From the NCBI GenBank assembly GCA_035390125.1, contig DAOOTD010000002.1:169908-233907 (forward strand): a stretch of 64,000 nt of DNA. The letters are read 5' to 3'. How positions within the stretch are numbered: the first letter of the stretch is position 1; each line of letters opens with the position of its first letter. The position numbers and the translations under genes were made by a program. The stretch is from Candidatus Moraniibacteriota bacterium (GTDB lineage: Bacteria > Patescibacteriota > Minisyncoccia > Moranbacterales > GWC2-37-73). Shown here piece after piece: positions 8,750 to 17,910 of the stretch. The notes under the pieces were generated by a model. It had not been told where the DNA came from and searched no databases. It worked only from the letters and a program-made list of their open reading frames with translations.

Positions 8750-10555
8750 ATGAATAAAAATGTAGAAGAAATAAAATCGAGACTTAATATCGTTGATGTA
8801 GTCGGCGAATATGTCCGTCTAACAAAAGCAGGCGCAAACTGGAAAGGCTTATGTCCTTTTCATCATGAAAAAACTCCTTCTTTCACGGTTAATGAAGAAA
8901 AACAGATCTTTCATTGCTTTGGCTGTACTAAGGGTGGGGATGTTTTAACTTTTATTCAAGAGATAGAAAGTATTGAATTTAGAGAAGCCTTGAAAATGCT
9001 GGCAGAAAAAGCCGGAGTAGAGCTGGAAGAATATAAATCACAAGATACAGATAATAAAAAAAGAATTTTAGAAATTCTAGAACTTGGGACTAAGTTTTAT
9101 GAAACACAGCTTTGGAAAGGAGCAGGAAAAGACAAAATACTAAAATATCTTTACGATCGCGGGCTGACCGAAGAAAGCATTAAAAAATTCCGTTTAGGTT
9201 ATGCTCCGGAGGGGTGGATAAATATCCTAAATTTTTTGATAGAAAGAGGTTATAAAATTGATGAAATAAATAAAACCGGTCTTTTGGTAGAAAAGTCTAA
9301 CGAAGCTAAAAGCCACAAACTGGAAGCTAATTATTATGATCGATTTAGGGATAGGATAATTTTTCCTATTCAGGATATTTTTGGAAATGTGATTGGTTTT
9401 TCGGCCAGGGTAGCTCCAGGAGGAGATGAATCACAGGCAAAATACGTGAATACTCCAGAAACAGCAGTTTATCATAAAAGCAAGGCTCTTTATGGTATCT
9501 CGCATGCGAAGAATGAAATAAAAAATAAAAATTATACGCTTTTAGTGGAAGGGAATATGGACGTTATTGCGGCTTCCCAAGCAGGAATTCAAAACGCAGT
9601 TGCAGTTTCTGGGATAGCCTTGACTGCCGATCAGATTATAATGCTTAAAAGATATTCCCAGAATCTGGCCATGCTTTTTGATATGGACAGTGCCGGGCAA
9701 CAGGCTGCAGAGAAAAGTGCAGACTTGTGTTTTGAGAAAGACATGAAGGTAAAAATAGTCGCCTTGTCTGATGGAAAAGATGCGGCTGATGTGGTTAAAA
9801 AAGACCCGCAGCTTTTATTAAAAGCGGTTAAAGAATCAGTCGGAGCTATGGAATATTTTTTCAATTTAATCTTGAAAAAATATGATAAAAATTCAGCCAG
9901 TGGCAAGAATGGTATTGCCAAAGAAATTCTGGCACATGTTTCACATATTGAAAATAAAATAGAAAAATCACATTGGGTAAAGAAAATCTCGCATGAGCTT
10001 GATGTGGAAGAAAATGTAATAAACAATGTATTAAAAGAAGTTGTTGCTATTCCCAGGGAATACGCTGGATATGAAAGCGAACAGACAGAAAAAAAATCAT
10101 CCTTTCAGAAACGCAGTGATTTAATAAGTGAATCATTAATAGGAGTTATTTTAAGCAGTAGCGAAATATGGAAAGGAATATTTGAAAAAGAAAGAGAAAA
10201 TGAAAGTATTAAAAATGATGAACTATTGTGGTTCGTGCTTAAGAAAGGTCCAGAGGCTGAGTTTTCTTTCGATAAAATGCTTACAATAATTGAAGATGAC
10301 CAGATTGTGGAAAAACTGCGCAGGATTTATTTTGAAACAAAGTACCGCTTCGCACAGGAAGAAATAGTCGAACAAACAGAGGAAGAGCTTAAAAAATTAG
10401 CAGATGGATATATGGTTGAATATAATAGAGAATTGCAAAAAGAAAAAATCCGTAGTATTATAAAGGAAATCGAGAAAGCTGAAAACAAGGGCGATAAAGA
10501 AACCCTTGCCAAATTAATGAGCGAGTTTACTAAACTTTCTCAAGAGATTCAATAG
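8750..10555 (+). CDS. dnaG: DNA primase
   Basis: Zinc finger CPFHHEKTPSF...HCFGC and a TOPRIM region (EGNMDV). Confidence 0.9.
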   Translation: MNKNVEEIKSRLNIVDVVGEYVRLTKAGANWKGLCPFHHEKTPSFTVNEEKQIFHCFGCTKGGDVLTFIQEIESIEFREALKMLAEKAGVELEEYKSQDTDNKKRILEILELGTKFYETQLWKGAGKDKILKYLYDRGLTEESIKKFRLGYAPEGWINILNFLIERGYKIDEINKTGLLVEKSNEAKSHKLEANYYDRFRDRIIFPIQDIFGNVIGFSARVAPGGDESQAKYVNTPETAVYHKSKALYGISHAKNEIKNKNYTLLVEGNMDVIAASQAGIQNAVAVSGIALTADQIIMLKRYSQNLAMLFDMDSAGQQAAEKSADLCFEKDMKVKIVALSDGKDAADVVKKDPQLLLKAVKESVGAMEYFFNLILKKYDKNSASGKNGIAKEILAHVSHIENKIEKSHWVKKISHELDVEENVINNVLKEVVAIPREYAGYESEQTEKKSSFQKRSDLISESLIGVILSSSEIWKGIFEKERENESIKNDELLWFVLKKGPEAEFSFDKMLTIIEDDQIVEKLRRIYFETKYRFAQEEIVEQTEEELKKLADGYMVEYNRELQKEKIRSIIKEIEKAENKGDKETLAKLMSEFTKLSQEIQ

Positions 10556-10652
10556 AAAACAAAAACTGGGTCAGCCCGGTTTTTGATGTTTGTTTGTTGA
10601 AACTTAATCTTCAGTGGAATAGGAATATATTCCATAATATATTTTTTAAATT

Positions 10653-11999
10653 ATGAAAAGAACACAAAAAAAGAAAAGCAAGAAGAAAGTGTTAAAGAAA
10701 CATATTATACGCAAGGCTAAAAAAATAAAATCAGGAAAACTTAAAAGATCCTTACGGAAAAAGGTATCTATAAAATTAAAGAAAAAACCTAAAAATGCTA
10801 AGAAAGTAAAATCAAAAACAAAATCAAAGAAAAAAGATATTCTGACTAAAAAGAAATCTAAAAATAAAAAATTAACAATAAAATCGAAAGAAATTCAGCC
10901 AGAAGGCATGGATGTAGTGGCTGAGTTGATTGCACGCGGAAAGCAGCGAGGATTTGTGACTGAAGATGAAATAATCCATCTTATCCCAGAAATCGAAGAA
11001 GAATTGGATGAATTGGAAAATTTATATGAAAAACTTGAAACTGCCGGCATAAAAGTTGTCGTTTCTGATGATATGTTGAAAATAGATACTGATAAAGAGG
11101 TCGAAGCTTATGAAAAGAGTAAAAAGGATAAAAATGCCGATATTATCCTGGGAGAAGGAGTTGAGGACAGTTCATCAGACTTGGTTCAAATGTATTTTCG
11201 TGAAATAGGACGGGTTCCACTTTTAAAATCAGAAGAAGAAATAAAATTGGCTAAAGCTAATGAAAAAGGAGATTTGGCGGCCAAACAAAAACTTACTGAG
11301 TCAAATTTACGTTTAGTTGTCAGTATTGCGAAAAAATATGTCGGACGTTCTCATAATTTGTCTTTGCTTGATCTTATTCAGGAAGGAAATATAGGTCTTT
11401 TCAGAGCAGTAGAAAAATTTGATTACAGAAAAGGATACAAATTTTCTACTTATGCCACCTGGTGGATACGCCAGGCAATTACACGCGCTTTAGCTGATCA
11501 GTCCAGAACCATACGCATACCGGTACATATGGTTGAAACTATAAATAAATATACCCAGATTACGCGCAGACTCGTCCAGGAATTAGGAAGGGAACCTTTA
11601 CCGGAGGAAATAGCTGCCGAAATGAATTTAGAAGTGGATAAAATCAGACATATCCAAAAAATTTCCCAGGAAACTGTTTCCTTGGAAACGTCAGTCGGTG
11701 ACAGTGATGATGACAGTGTGCTTGGAGATTTTATTGAAGACACTGAAACTGTAATGCCTCATCAGGTAGCTTCCAGAAAACTTTTAAAAAATCATGTGGT
11801 AGAAGTTTTAAGAGAACTTACTCCACGTGAACAAAAAATCTTGAAAATACGTTTCGGACTTGAAGATGGGGTAACCCACACCCTAGAAGAAGTTGGAAAA
11901 GAATTCGGAGTAACTCGAGAACGCATTCGTCAAATTGAAGCTAAAGCTCTAGATAAAATCAGGCAGCATAGGTCAATAGGAAAGCTTAAAGACTACTAA
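10653..11999 (+). CDS. rpoD: RNA polymerase sigma factor RpoD with a roughly 85-aa Lys-rich N-terminal extension
   Basis: Region 2 ([22 protein letters not shown]) and region 4 ([20 protein letters not shown]) motifs; dnaG-rpoD synteny. Confidence 0.9.
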   Translation: MKRTQKKKSKKKVLKKHIIRKAKKIKSGKLKRSLRKKVSIKLKKKPKNAKKVKSKTKSKKKDILTKKKSKNKKLTIKSKEIQPEGMDVVAELIARGKQRGFVTEDEIIHLIPEIEEELDELENLYEKLETAGIKVVVSDDMLKIDTDKEVEAYEKSKKDKNADIILGEGVEDSSSDLVQMYFREIGRVPLLKSEEEIKLAKANEKGDLAAKQKLTESNLRLVVSIAKKYVGRSHNLSLLDLIQEGNIGLFRAVEKFDYRKGYKFSTYATWWIRQAITRALADQSRTIRIPVHMVETINKYTQITRRLVQELGREPLPEEIAAEMNLEVDKIRHIQKISQETVSLETSVGDSDDDSVLGDFIEDTETVMPHQVASRKLLKNHVVEVLRELTPREQKILKIRFGLEDGVTHTLEEVGKEFGVTRERIRQIEAKALDKIRQHRSIGKLKDY

Positions 12000-12087
12000 T
12001 ATTGAACCTTGCCAGATTAGAATATTTTTGATACAATGTTTTCGTTGTCTGTTTAGGCAACATTTTTCAAAATCAAATAAAACATAT

Positions 12088-12162
12088 TCCGGCGTAGCGC
12101 AACGGTAGCGCAGGGGACTGTTAATCCCTTGGTTGTAGGTTCGAATCCTACCGCCGGAGCCA
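12088..12162 (+). tRNA. tRNA-Asn (anticodon GTT) with encoded CCA
   Basis: Hand-folded. Acceptor TCCGGCG/CGCCGGA, anticodon loop CTGTTAA, T-arm TAGGTTCGAATCCTA, 3' GCCA. Confidence 0.9.
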
Positions 12163-13632
12163 TTCTTTAGTTTTGGCATATTCCATTATGCCATTAAAGG
12201 GAGCTTTTACCTCAAATGAAAGCTTTCCTGCATTTAAAGTAAGGTTCTGAAGTAAGAAACCCAATAGTTGGGTTTTTTCTTGTGGTTCAGAATTTTGGAA
12301 CAATTCTAATGCCCTTTGCGACAAGTCTAATACTTTATTTGCTGTAAGACTGAAGTCTCTATCAGCGGACGAATGTTCCTGAAGTTGTGTATTTAAGTTT
12401 TCTCTTTCTTGTGTGTATTCAATAGCCATTTTGTCATATTCGTCCGCAGTAATACGTCCATCAAGTCTGTCTCTATACATAACCTTTAACCTTGCATCTA
12501 TATTGCCTATTTTTCTTTGAATAGTTGCTTTATTTTTCTCATAATACACTTTTTCAGCATCATGAATAGTTCTTAGCTCATCTTTGAGCCTATCAAGGGC
12601 TTCTGGCTCCAATTTTAAACTCTGAAATAGGTCTTTAGTTTGATCCACTAATTCATCTTCTCTCAACCACTTTATTCCTTTATCAGGACAAGTCCCGTAA
12701 TAATTAGTGCAATGATAGTAAACATGCCCTTTCTGAAGTTCTGGCGTAATTGCTAATCCGCAATGTGAACATTTTATCAATCCTCTGAAAATATATGGAT
12801 TGTTTGTTCGTTTGAAATTTTGCCTATTATAGCCGTTTATAACTTCTTGGACTTTTTCAAATAAATATCTTGAAACGATAGGTTGATATTTATGCGGATA
12901 TAGCTTACCCTTAACTCTCATTACGCCGTAATAGAACGGGTTTCTTAAAATTGCATGAACTTGGCTTGTTGTCATCTTCATTCCGCTCCTACTTCTCAAG
13001 CCTCTGTCGTTCATTTCCTGTGCAAGCTTTTTCATTGAAAATTTACCCGTGGCATACAACTGAAACATTTTTAGGACTAGAAATTCTTTGTCCTTGTCTA
13101 TGATAATATGCTTTTTTTCATTTTCCAGTGTTATATTTTTATATCCCAGATAGGCTTGTCCAATCCATTCGCCATTCCTTAATTTCTGCTCGTAAGCTCT
13201 TTTTACATTGTCGCTAATTGCATCAGAATAATATTTCGCCAGACCTAAATTTATTCCAAAATGAAATTTTTCTGCTGCCGATATATTTGAAGAGATAACA
13301 AGGTTGTCTGAAACAAAATGTAATTCTATTTTATCTTGCATTGCTAAATCATATAAAAGTGGAACGCGTTTATCAAAAACATTTCGCGTAAATCTATCTA
13401 CTTTGTCAAAACAGACTACAATTTTATCTTTGCTTTTCTTTACTAAATCAATTGCCTTATCAAATTCGTCTCTTTTTTGTTTATAGGCACTTTCATCAAA
13501 GCTAAAGATTTCTAAAACTGCAAAACCTTTTGTTTTGCAGTATTCTTTAAGCCTATGAATTTGAGCTGGTAGAGAGTTTCCGGCGTCTTTTTGTTCTTCT
13601 GTTGAAACTCTAGCTAATATTATCGCTTTCAT
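12148..13632 (-). CDS. large serine recombinase (resolvase/invertase-type N-terminal domain + recombinase domain + Zn ribbon); start at MKAIIL (track ORF extends to 13677)
   Basis: ILARVSTEEQ...GNSLPAQ catalytic Ser region, and a Cys cluster CSHCG...CTNYYGTC. Confidence 0.8.
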   Translation of the reverse strand: MKAIILARVSTEEQKDAGNSLPAQIHRLKEYCKTKGFAVLEIFSFDESAYKQKRDEFDKAIDLVKKSKDKIVVCFDKVDRFTRNVFDKRVPLLYDLAMQDKIELHFVSDNLVISSNISAAEKFHFGINLGLAKYYSDAISDNVKRAYEQKLRNGEWIGQAYLGYKNITLENEKKHIIIDKDKEFLVLKMFQLYATGKFSMKKLAQEMNDRGLRSRSGMKMTTSQVHAILRNPFYYGVMRVKGKLYPHKYQPIVSRYLFEKVQEVINGYNRQNFKRTNNPYIFRGLIKCSHCGLAITPELQKGHVYYHCTNYYGTCPDKGIKWLREDELVDQTKDLFQSLKLEPEALDRLKDELRTIHDAEKVYYEKNKATIQRKIGNIDARLKVMYRDRLDGRITADEYDKMAIEYTQERENLNTQLQEHSSADRDFSLTANKVLDLSQRALELFQNSEPQEKTQLLGFLLQNLTLNAGKLSFEVKAPFNGIMEYAKTKEWLRR

Positions 13633-15320
13633 TTTACGAATGCGTTTTGGACTGTTTGCGAAATTTGCTGATACCAATCTTTTTCATTTTCAGTTTTCAA
13701 CGCAAGATTAGATAGTGAATTAAACAAATTTTTTAAATCATCTGCTTTCGGTTTAATTGCGGAGCTATGGGCGTTTTTTAATAAACATTTGAAGTCCTCT
13801 AAACTTAAAGGTATTATTTGTGATTTTCCGCCATAATATTCTATGTTGATGCGATACAAACCGTAGTAGTGAGCAATGGTAGCATTATTCAAATTAGGAG
13901 CTACAAATATTCCAAATACAGGTTTTGAATTGCTTTTTTTATATTGACCATAGTGTCTTGCTACAGGCTCTCCTTCCATTTCATATTGTTTTTGTCCTGA
14001 TGATAGAGTGACTTCAACAATTGCATCAAAATCTTTATATTTACAAACTATATCGGGTGTGTTGCCTGGAGCTGTATATAATGGCATACCATCGTCATCA
14101 ATTTTAAAGTTTCCTTGAATATCTCCGTCGTTCAACATTGTAAAAGCTCTCCAAATATTCCATTCAAAGAAAAGAGATGGATCTATATTTTCTCTATTTA
14201 CAATACCTGAAAAAACTTCAAGTATATCATTATATTCTTCATAATTTCGTAATTTACTTTTTTCATTTTCAATATATTTTTCAAGACTCTCTTTGATTAG
14301 GCTTTCATAGATATTTTTCAAGTCTTCCGTGTCCTTCTCTTTGAGTGCCGAAACACTAACTCTTGTATCTTTCTGTGTAATTTTAGAAATTATCAAGTCT
14401 TTATTATCTACAAGAAGCAATGGCTTGCTCGCATCAAACAAATTCGCTTCATAATCTTCTTCATCTTTATATGCAAATATATCCCTATCAATATTCTTTA
14501 GAATAAATTCAATATCATTTTTTCTTTCTTTGAGAATGTATACTTTTGATGTTTTTGGATTTAACGAAAACAGTCCGGTAGCACGAAGATACCTAATAGA
14601 GGCATCGGCATAATCAAGATGATTACTTCGTTTAGTTTTAACAAAATTATCTAAAGTTTGTTCCTTACTTTCCCTTATTGATAACTTTCCTTGCTCAATG
14701 TCTTCCTTGAATAATTCAGTCAGCTCTTTCTCAAATTGCAAGGCGATAAATTTTTTATAATTTATCTTTTTTGTTCGCAATAACTTTTTTTCTTCTCTGA
14801 AATTGATAATTTTATTTTTTACATTATTGTATTTAGCAAAATCTGTAAGTTGAATAACAAATAGCCCTATCTCATGCTTGCTTAAACCGTCTAATTCATA
14901 AATAAGTCTCATTAACTCAAGGTAGGGCTTTATTCTAAATGTGTTATTTTTATCTTTATGATAAGGCGAATGAAGCTGGAACTTCAATAGCTGTCTTAAA
15001 AATATCTCTTCCGGTCTGTTTCCATAAACATATTTTTTTCCAGCTTCAGTAAGCTTGATAACTGGCTTTAAGTCAATCAATCCAAGAGATTTAGGAGCTC
15101 TGTTTACTCTATCTCTAGCCTTAAAAGCGACATCTCCAGTTGCTGAACCCTCAAAAAAATCTTGTTTAGCTAGTTGTAAATAAAACTTTTTTTGAGTCTC
15201 TGAATTCCATTTCTGACCTTCAAAATTTTCTGATAAAAATTTTATCTCATCAACCAGTTTGTGTGGTGACCTAGGCGAGGTAACGAAAAATATTGTTTTT
15301 TTATCTGTTATGTGAGCCAT
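13629..15320 (-). CDS. putative type II restriction endonuclease (possibly AlwI-family-like; identity uncertain)
   Basis: 563-aa protein immediately downstream of a DNA methyltransferase in the same operon. C-terminal TPDIV..DAIVEVT..QK resembles a PD-(D/E)xK core. Confidence 0.4.
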   Translation of the reverse strand: MAHITDKKTIFFVTSPRSPHKLVDEIKFLSENFEGQKWNSETQKKFYLQLAKQDFFEGSATGDVAFKARDRVNRAPKSLGLIDLKPVIKLTEAGKKYVYGNRPEEIFLRQLLKFQLHSPYHKDKNNTFRIKPYLELMRLIYELDGLSKHEIGLFVIQLTDFAKYNNVKNKIINFREEKKLLRTKKINYKKFIALQFEKELTELFKEDIEQGKLSIRESKEQTLDNFVKTKRSNHLDYADASIRYLRATGLFSLNPKTSKVYILKERKNDIEFILKNIDRDIFAYKDEEDYEANLFDASKPLLLVDNKDLIISKITQKDTRVSVSALKEKDTEDLKNIYESLIKESLEKYIENEKSKLRNYEEYNDILEVFSGIVNRENIDPSLFFEWNIWRAFTMLNDGDIQGNFKIDDDGMPLYTAPGNTPDIVCKYKDFDAIVEVTLSSGQKQYEMEGEPVARHYGQYKKSNSKPVFGIFVAPNLNNATIAHYYGLYRINIEYYGGKSQIIPLSLEDFKCLLKNAHSSAIKPKADDLKNLFNSLSNLALKTENEKDWYQQISQTVQNAFVK

Positions 15321-15347
15321 AATTATTTTTTTCTTATCGTTTATTAT

Positions 15348-16139
15348 TTACCAAAATATTTTCTCGTTATCTGGAATAGAGGAATTTTTTTGAAGAATAT
15401 CTTTTTTAAATTTAATATATTCTTTAATTCTCTTTTCCGATATTTCAATAGACTTGTTTGAGATATCACAGCCTATAAAATTACAATTATGTTTGATTGA
15501 AGAAATTGCTGCAGAGCCACTGCCTAAAAATGGGTCACAGACAACAAAGTTTGGTGAAGTGCTGGCACTTAACATTATGTCAAATAATTCAACCGGTTTC
15601 TGCGTAGGATACTTTGCTTGATGAACCCTCTTAATTCTCCAAACATCTGGAAATGAGCGGCTCTTTATCTTACGGTTGTTTTTATTTGTTGCAAAAATAA
15701 TAAATTCGTGTCGCCTTCTGAAATAATGTCCCATTCCTAAATTGACCTTATCCCAGGAAATAATATTTTTCACATCAAATAGTTCTCTTACTATTGGACC
15801 AAGCGAAAGAAGGGAGTAGGAATCAAACATTATATATAAATGACCTGAACTTTTCAGTGCTTTTTTGCACAATAGCAAAAAATTTCTATAATTTTCTTCT
15901 GTATCTTTGAATTCCTCAAACCATTTTCCATTTACTGTTCCTTTTTCGGCATATTTTCCAACAATTCTTCCGTTCCCCAAGCTTAAATGATTATTCATTC
16001 CTGAATAAGCTGGATCTGTTACAATAATGTCTATACTTTTTTCTGGCTGACTTTCAAGAAATTTTAATACATCATCGTGAACGATTTTTATTGTATTTTT
16101 TCCTTTATTATATTTGACCTCAAAAGATAATTTTCTCAT
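15348..16139 (-). CDS. beta-class N6-adenine/N4-cytosine DNA methyltransferase (N6_N4_Mtase family); start at MRKLSF (track ORF extends to 16160)
   Basis: Motif IV TDPAY (DPPY-like) at the N-terminus, YPTQKP, and motif I DPFLGSGSAA at the C-terminus; this motif order defines the beta class. Confidence 0.8.
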   Translation of the reverse strand: MRKLSFEVKYNKGKNTIKIVHDDVLKFLESQPEKSIDIIVTDPAYSGMNNHLSLGNGRIVGKYAEKGTVNGKWFEEFKDTEENYRNFLLLCKKALKSSGHLYIMFDSYSLLSLGPIVRELFDVKNIISWDKVNLGMGHYFRRRHEFIIFATNKNNRKIKSRSFPDVWRIKRVHQAKYPTQKPVELFDIMLSASTSPNFVVCDPFLGSGSAAISSIKHNCNFIGCDISNKSIEISEKRIKEYIKFKKDILQKNSSIPDNEKIFW

Positions 16140-16143
16140 AGAT

Positions 16144-16320
16144 TTATTTTGTTGATGCATTTTCTACAAAACTTTGAAACTCGTTCTTTTTAATACGAAA
16201 CTCTTTACCGAATTTATAAGCTTTAATTTTTCCAGCTTTAATGTAGCGATAAATAGTCATTATATTTACCCTTAAAATATCAGCTAATTCTTGAGCTGTG
16301 TAAAATTCTTTTTCTTGCAT
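16144..16320 (-). CDS. excisionase-family (HTH_17/MerR-like) DNA-binding protein, 58 aa; not in the ORF track because it is under 60 aa
   Basis: Hand translation gives MQEKEFYTAQELADILRVNIMTIYRYIKAGKIKAYKFGKEFRIKKNEFQSFVENASTK, which matches the HTH_17 consensus (sELAeiLgVsrrTIYRwikaGklpayKiGr.wRI). Its stop lies 4 nt before the methyltransferase ATG. Confidence 0.6.
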   Translation of the reverse strand: MQEKEFYTAQELADILRVNIMTIYRYIKAGKIKAYKFGKEFRIKKNEFQSFVENASTK

Positions 16321-16357
16321 ATGTTTATTTTTTAATTATAAGATACTTTACTTTTCT

Positions 16358-16558
16358 TTACAAGAAACAGTCCTTACGATCATTGCAACCACCACACGCA
16401 TCGCAATAATCATACTTTCCTATTACAGTAATCTCGTCCTCCAAGCCTCTTTTCTTTAGCTCCTTTCTTATTTCTTCAGCAGTTCGTCCTTGAAAAATTT
16501 CATCAAGCAACTCATCAGTGAGTTCAACTTTTTTCTTTTTTAAATTTTTTTTACTCAT
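16358..16558 (-). CDS. small CxxC-motif protein (YCDACGGCNDRKDC)
   Basis: 66-aa ORF between the Rep-like gene and the HTH gene, with a C-terminal 4-Cys cluster. Confidence 0.35.
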   Translation of the reverse strand: MSKKNLKKKKVELTDELLDEIFQGRTAEEIRKELKKRGLEDEITVIGKYDYCDACGGCNDRKDCFL

Positions 16559-16576
16559 TTATTTAGAATTAAATAA

Positions 16577-17722
16577 TTAACTCGTAATTTGCTCTTTCTT
16601 AAAGACATCAAATTTTTTTAATCCTTCTTCAATATCCTTCAAATAAAGCTCTGGCGACAATGCGTTTGTATTTAATGCTATTGCATTTAATTCTTTCAAG
16701 TGCTTGTTTACATTATTCCAAGAGCCTTTTCCGAATTTGTCCTCTATAATCTGACGAAACAATTCTGCACCCTCGCTCTTGCAAAAATCTTTGATAGCAT
16801 ACAGAGCTACTGCTTTTGTAGGTCTTCCATTTTGATTTGCGATATAATCAGAAATTTCCATAAGCTCATCTTTCTTGCTTTTGTTTTGCTGAAAGAGATG
16901 CAGGTTTCTTTCTTGGACAAGCGTATTCCAATAATCAAGCAAAACTTTTTGGCAAACATCTTTTTTAAAAATATCTCTGAAGTTTGGATTTTTGCCAAAT
17001 CCTATTTTTTCCAAAACCGTGTCCATTTTTCTTTTTTGCGAAAGCCTAACCTCCATTTTAAGAATTTCAATGTCAGTCTTTCTTCGCCACTCGTTTATCT
17101 GACAAAACAAACTTTTTTGATTTCCTTTCATATCGTGGTCAATTGACCTTTTTTCGTCTTTTCCCATATCGGCGATTTTATCGTAGAAAACTAGGGAGTG
17201 AGATTTTGAATAATACTGAAGTGAATGACCGCCGTTGCGAAAATCCGTCTTTGTCAGATCCAACCTCTTTGTTAGCTGTATTTTGGAAAGCTCTTTGATT
17301 GCCATTGTAGCTGTTATGTAGCCGTTTAACTCAATGTTTTTTGAGGCGTGAAATCCGGACACAGTAGCTTCCGCTAAATTATCTCGCATAATATAGACAC
17401 CTTTTTTGATTAGTTTTTCCTGTAATTTGAGGATAACTTCTTCAAAATCACTTTCTTTAATTTCGTCTAGATTATTCTGAAATAGTAACTTTGGAACTGA
17501 AAATTCAACTCTTAAACCGATATTTATTCCCATTCTTGAAGGTCGTCTATAGAGTGTCATTCTTGGATAATATTCCCATTTTGATTCTTCCTTTGAAGGA
17601 TTGTTAACGGCTTTGCCATATCCGGCATCAGATAAAAAGTCTTTCGCGTTAGGAAAAAACATTTCTGGCGTCCAAATATCAAACTTATCAAGTGGAAAAT
17701 TCAAGATTACTGTGTCTAGCAT
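16577..17722 (-). CDS. putative rolling-circle replication initiation protein (gpII/Phage_CRI or Rep_trans-like)
   Basis: N-terminus MLDTVILNFPLDKFDIW resembles the MIDxLVLRLPF start of filamentous-phage gpII-type Rep proteins. Context is a mobile element. Confidence 0.35.
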   Translation of the reverse strand: MLDTVILNFPLDKFDIWTPEMFFPNAKDFLSDAGYGKAVNNPSKEESKWEYYPRMTLYRRPSRMGINIGLRVEFSVPKLLFQNNLDEIKESDFEEVILKLQEKLIKKGVYIMRDNLAEATVSGFHASKNIELNGYITATMAIKELSKIQLTKRLDLTKTDFRNGGHSLQYYSKSHSLVFYDKIADMGKDEKRSIDHDMKGNQKSLFCQINEWRRKTDIEILKMEVRLSQKRKMDTVLEKIGFGKNPNFRDIFKKDVCQKVLLDYWNTLVQERNLHLFQQNKSKKDELMEISDYIANQNGRPTKAVALYAIKDFCKSEGAELFRQIIEDKFGKGSWNNVNKHLKELNAIALNTNALSPELYLKDIEEGLKKFDVFKKEQITS

Positions 17723-17907
17723 AATTTTGCGTTATTTTCATTATTCGTCTTATTTGAGCTATTTTCCTTTTGTTGTTCATTTATTCGTTTGTCAATTCTA
17801 AAAAGCAAGTCAAAAAATCCCACAAAATTGTGCTTTGCTTCAAATACTTCCTTGTTAGAAAGCGTCTTTTTGCTTAATTTCTCATAGAATTCCTTGTCAG
17901 ATAACAT
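17716..17907 (-). CDS. small hypothetical protein, first gene of the island operon
   Basis: 63-aa ORF overlapping the Rep start by 7 nt. Confidence 0.25.
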   Translation of the reverse strand: MLSDKEFYEKLSKKTLSNKEVFEAKHNFVGFFDLLFRIDKRINEQQKENSSNKTNNENNAKLC

Positions 17908-17910
17908 AAA

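Noticed and set aside
9631-10026. Antisense ORFs of 60-130 aa inside dnaG, topA, atpA, atpD, rel, obg, hisS and others, listed in the six-frame track
   Set aside because: They are fully embedded in well-supported conserved genes on the opposite strand. They have low-complexity composition and no RBS, as expected for AT-rich DNA.
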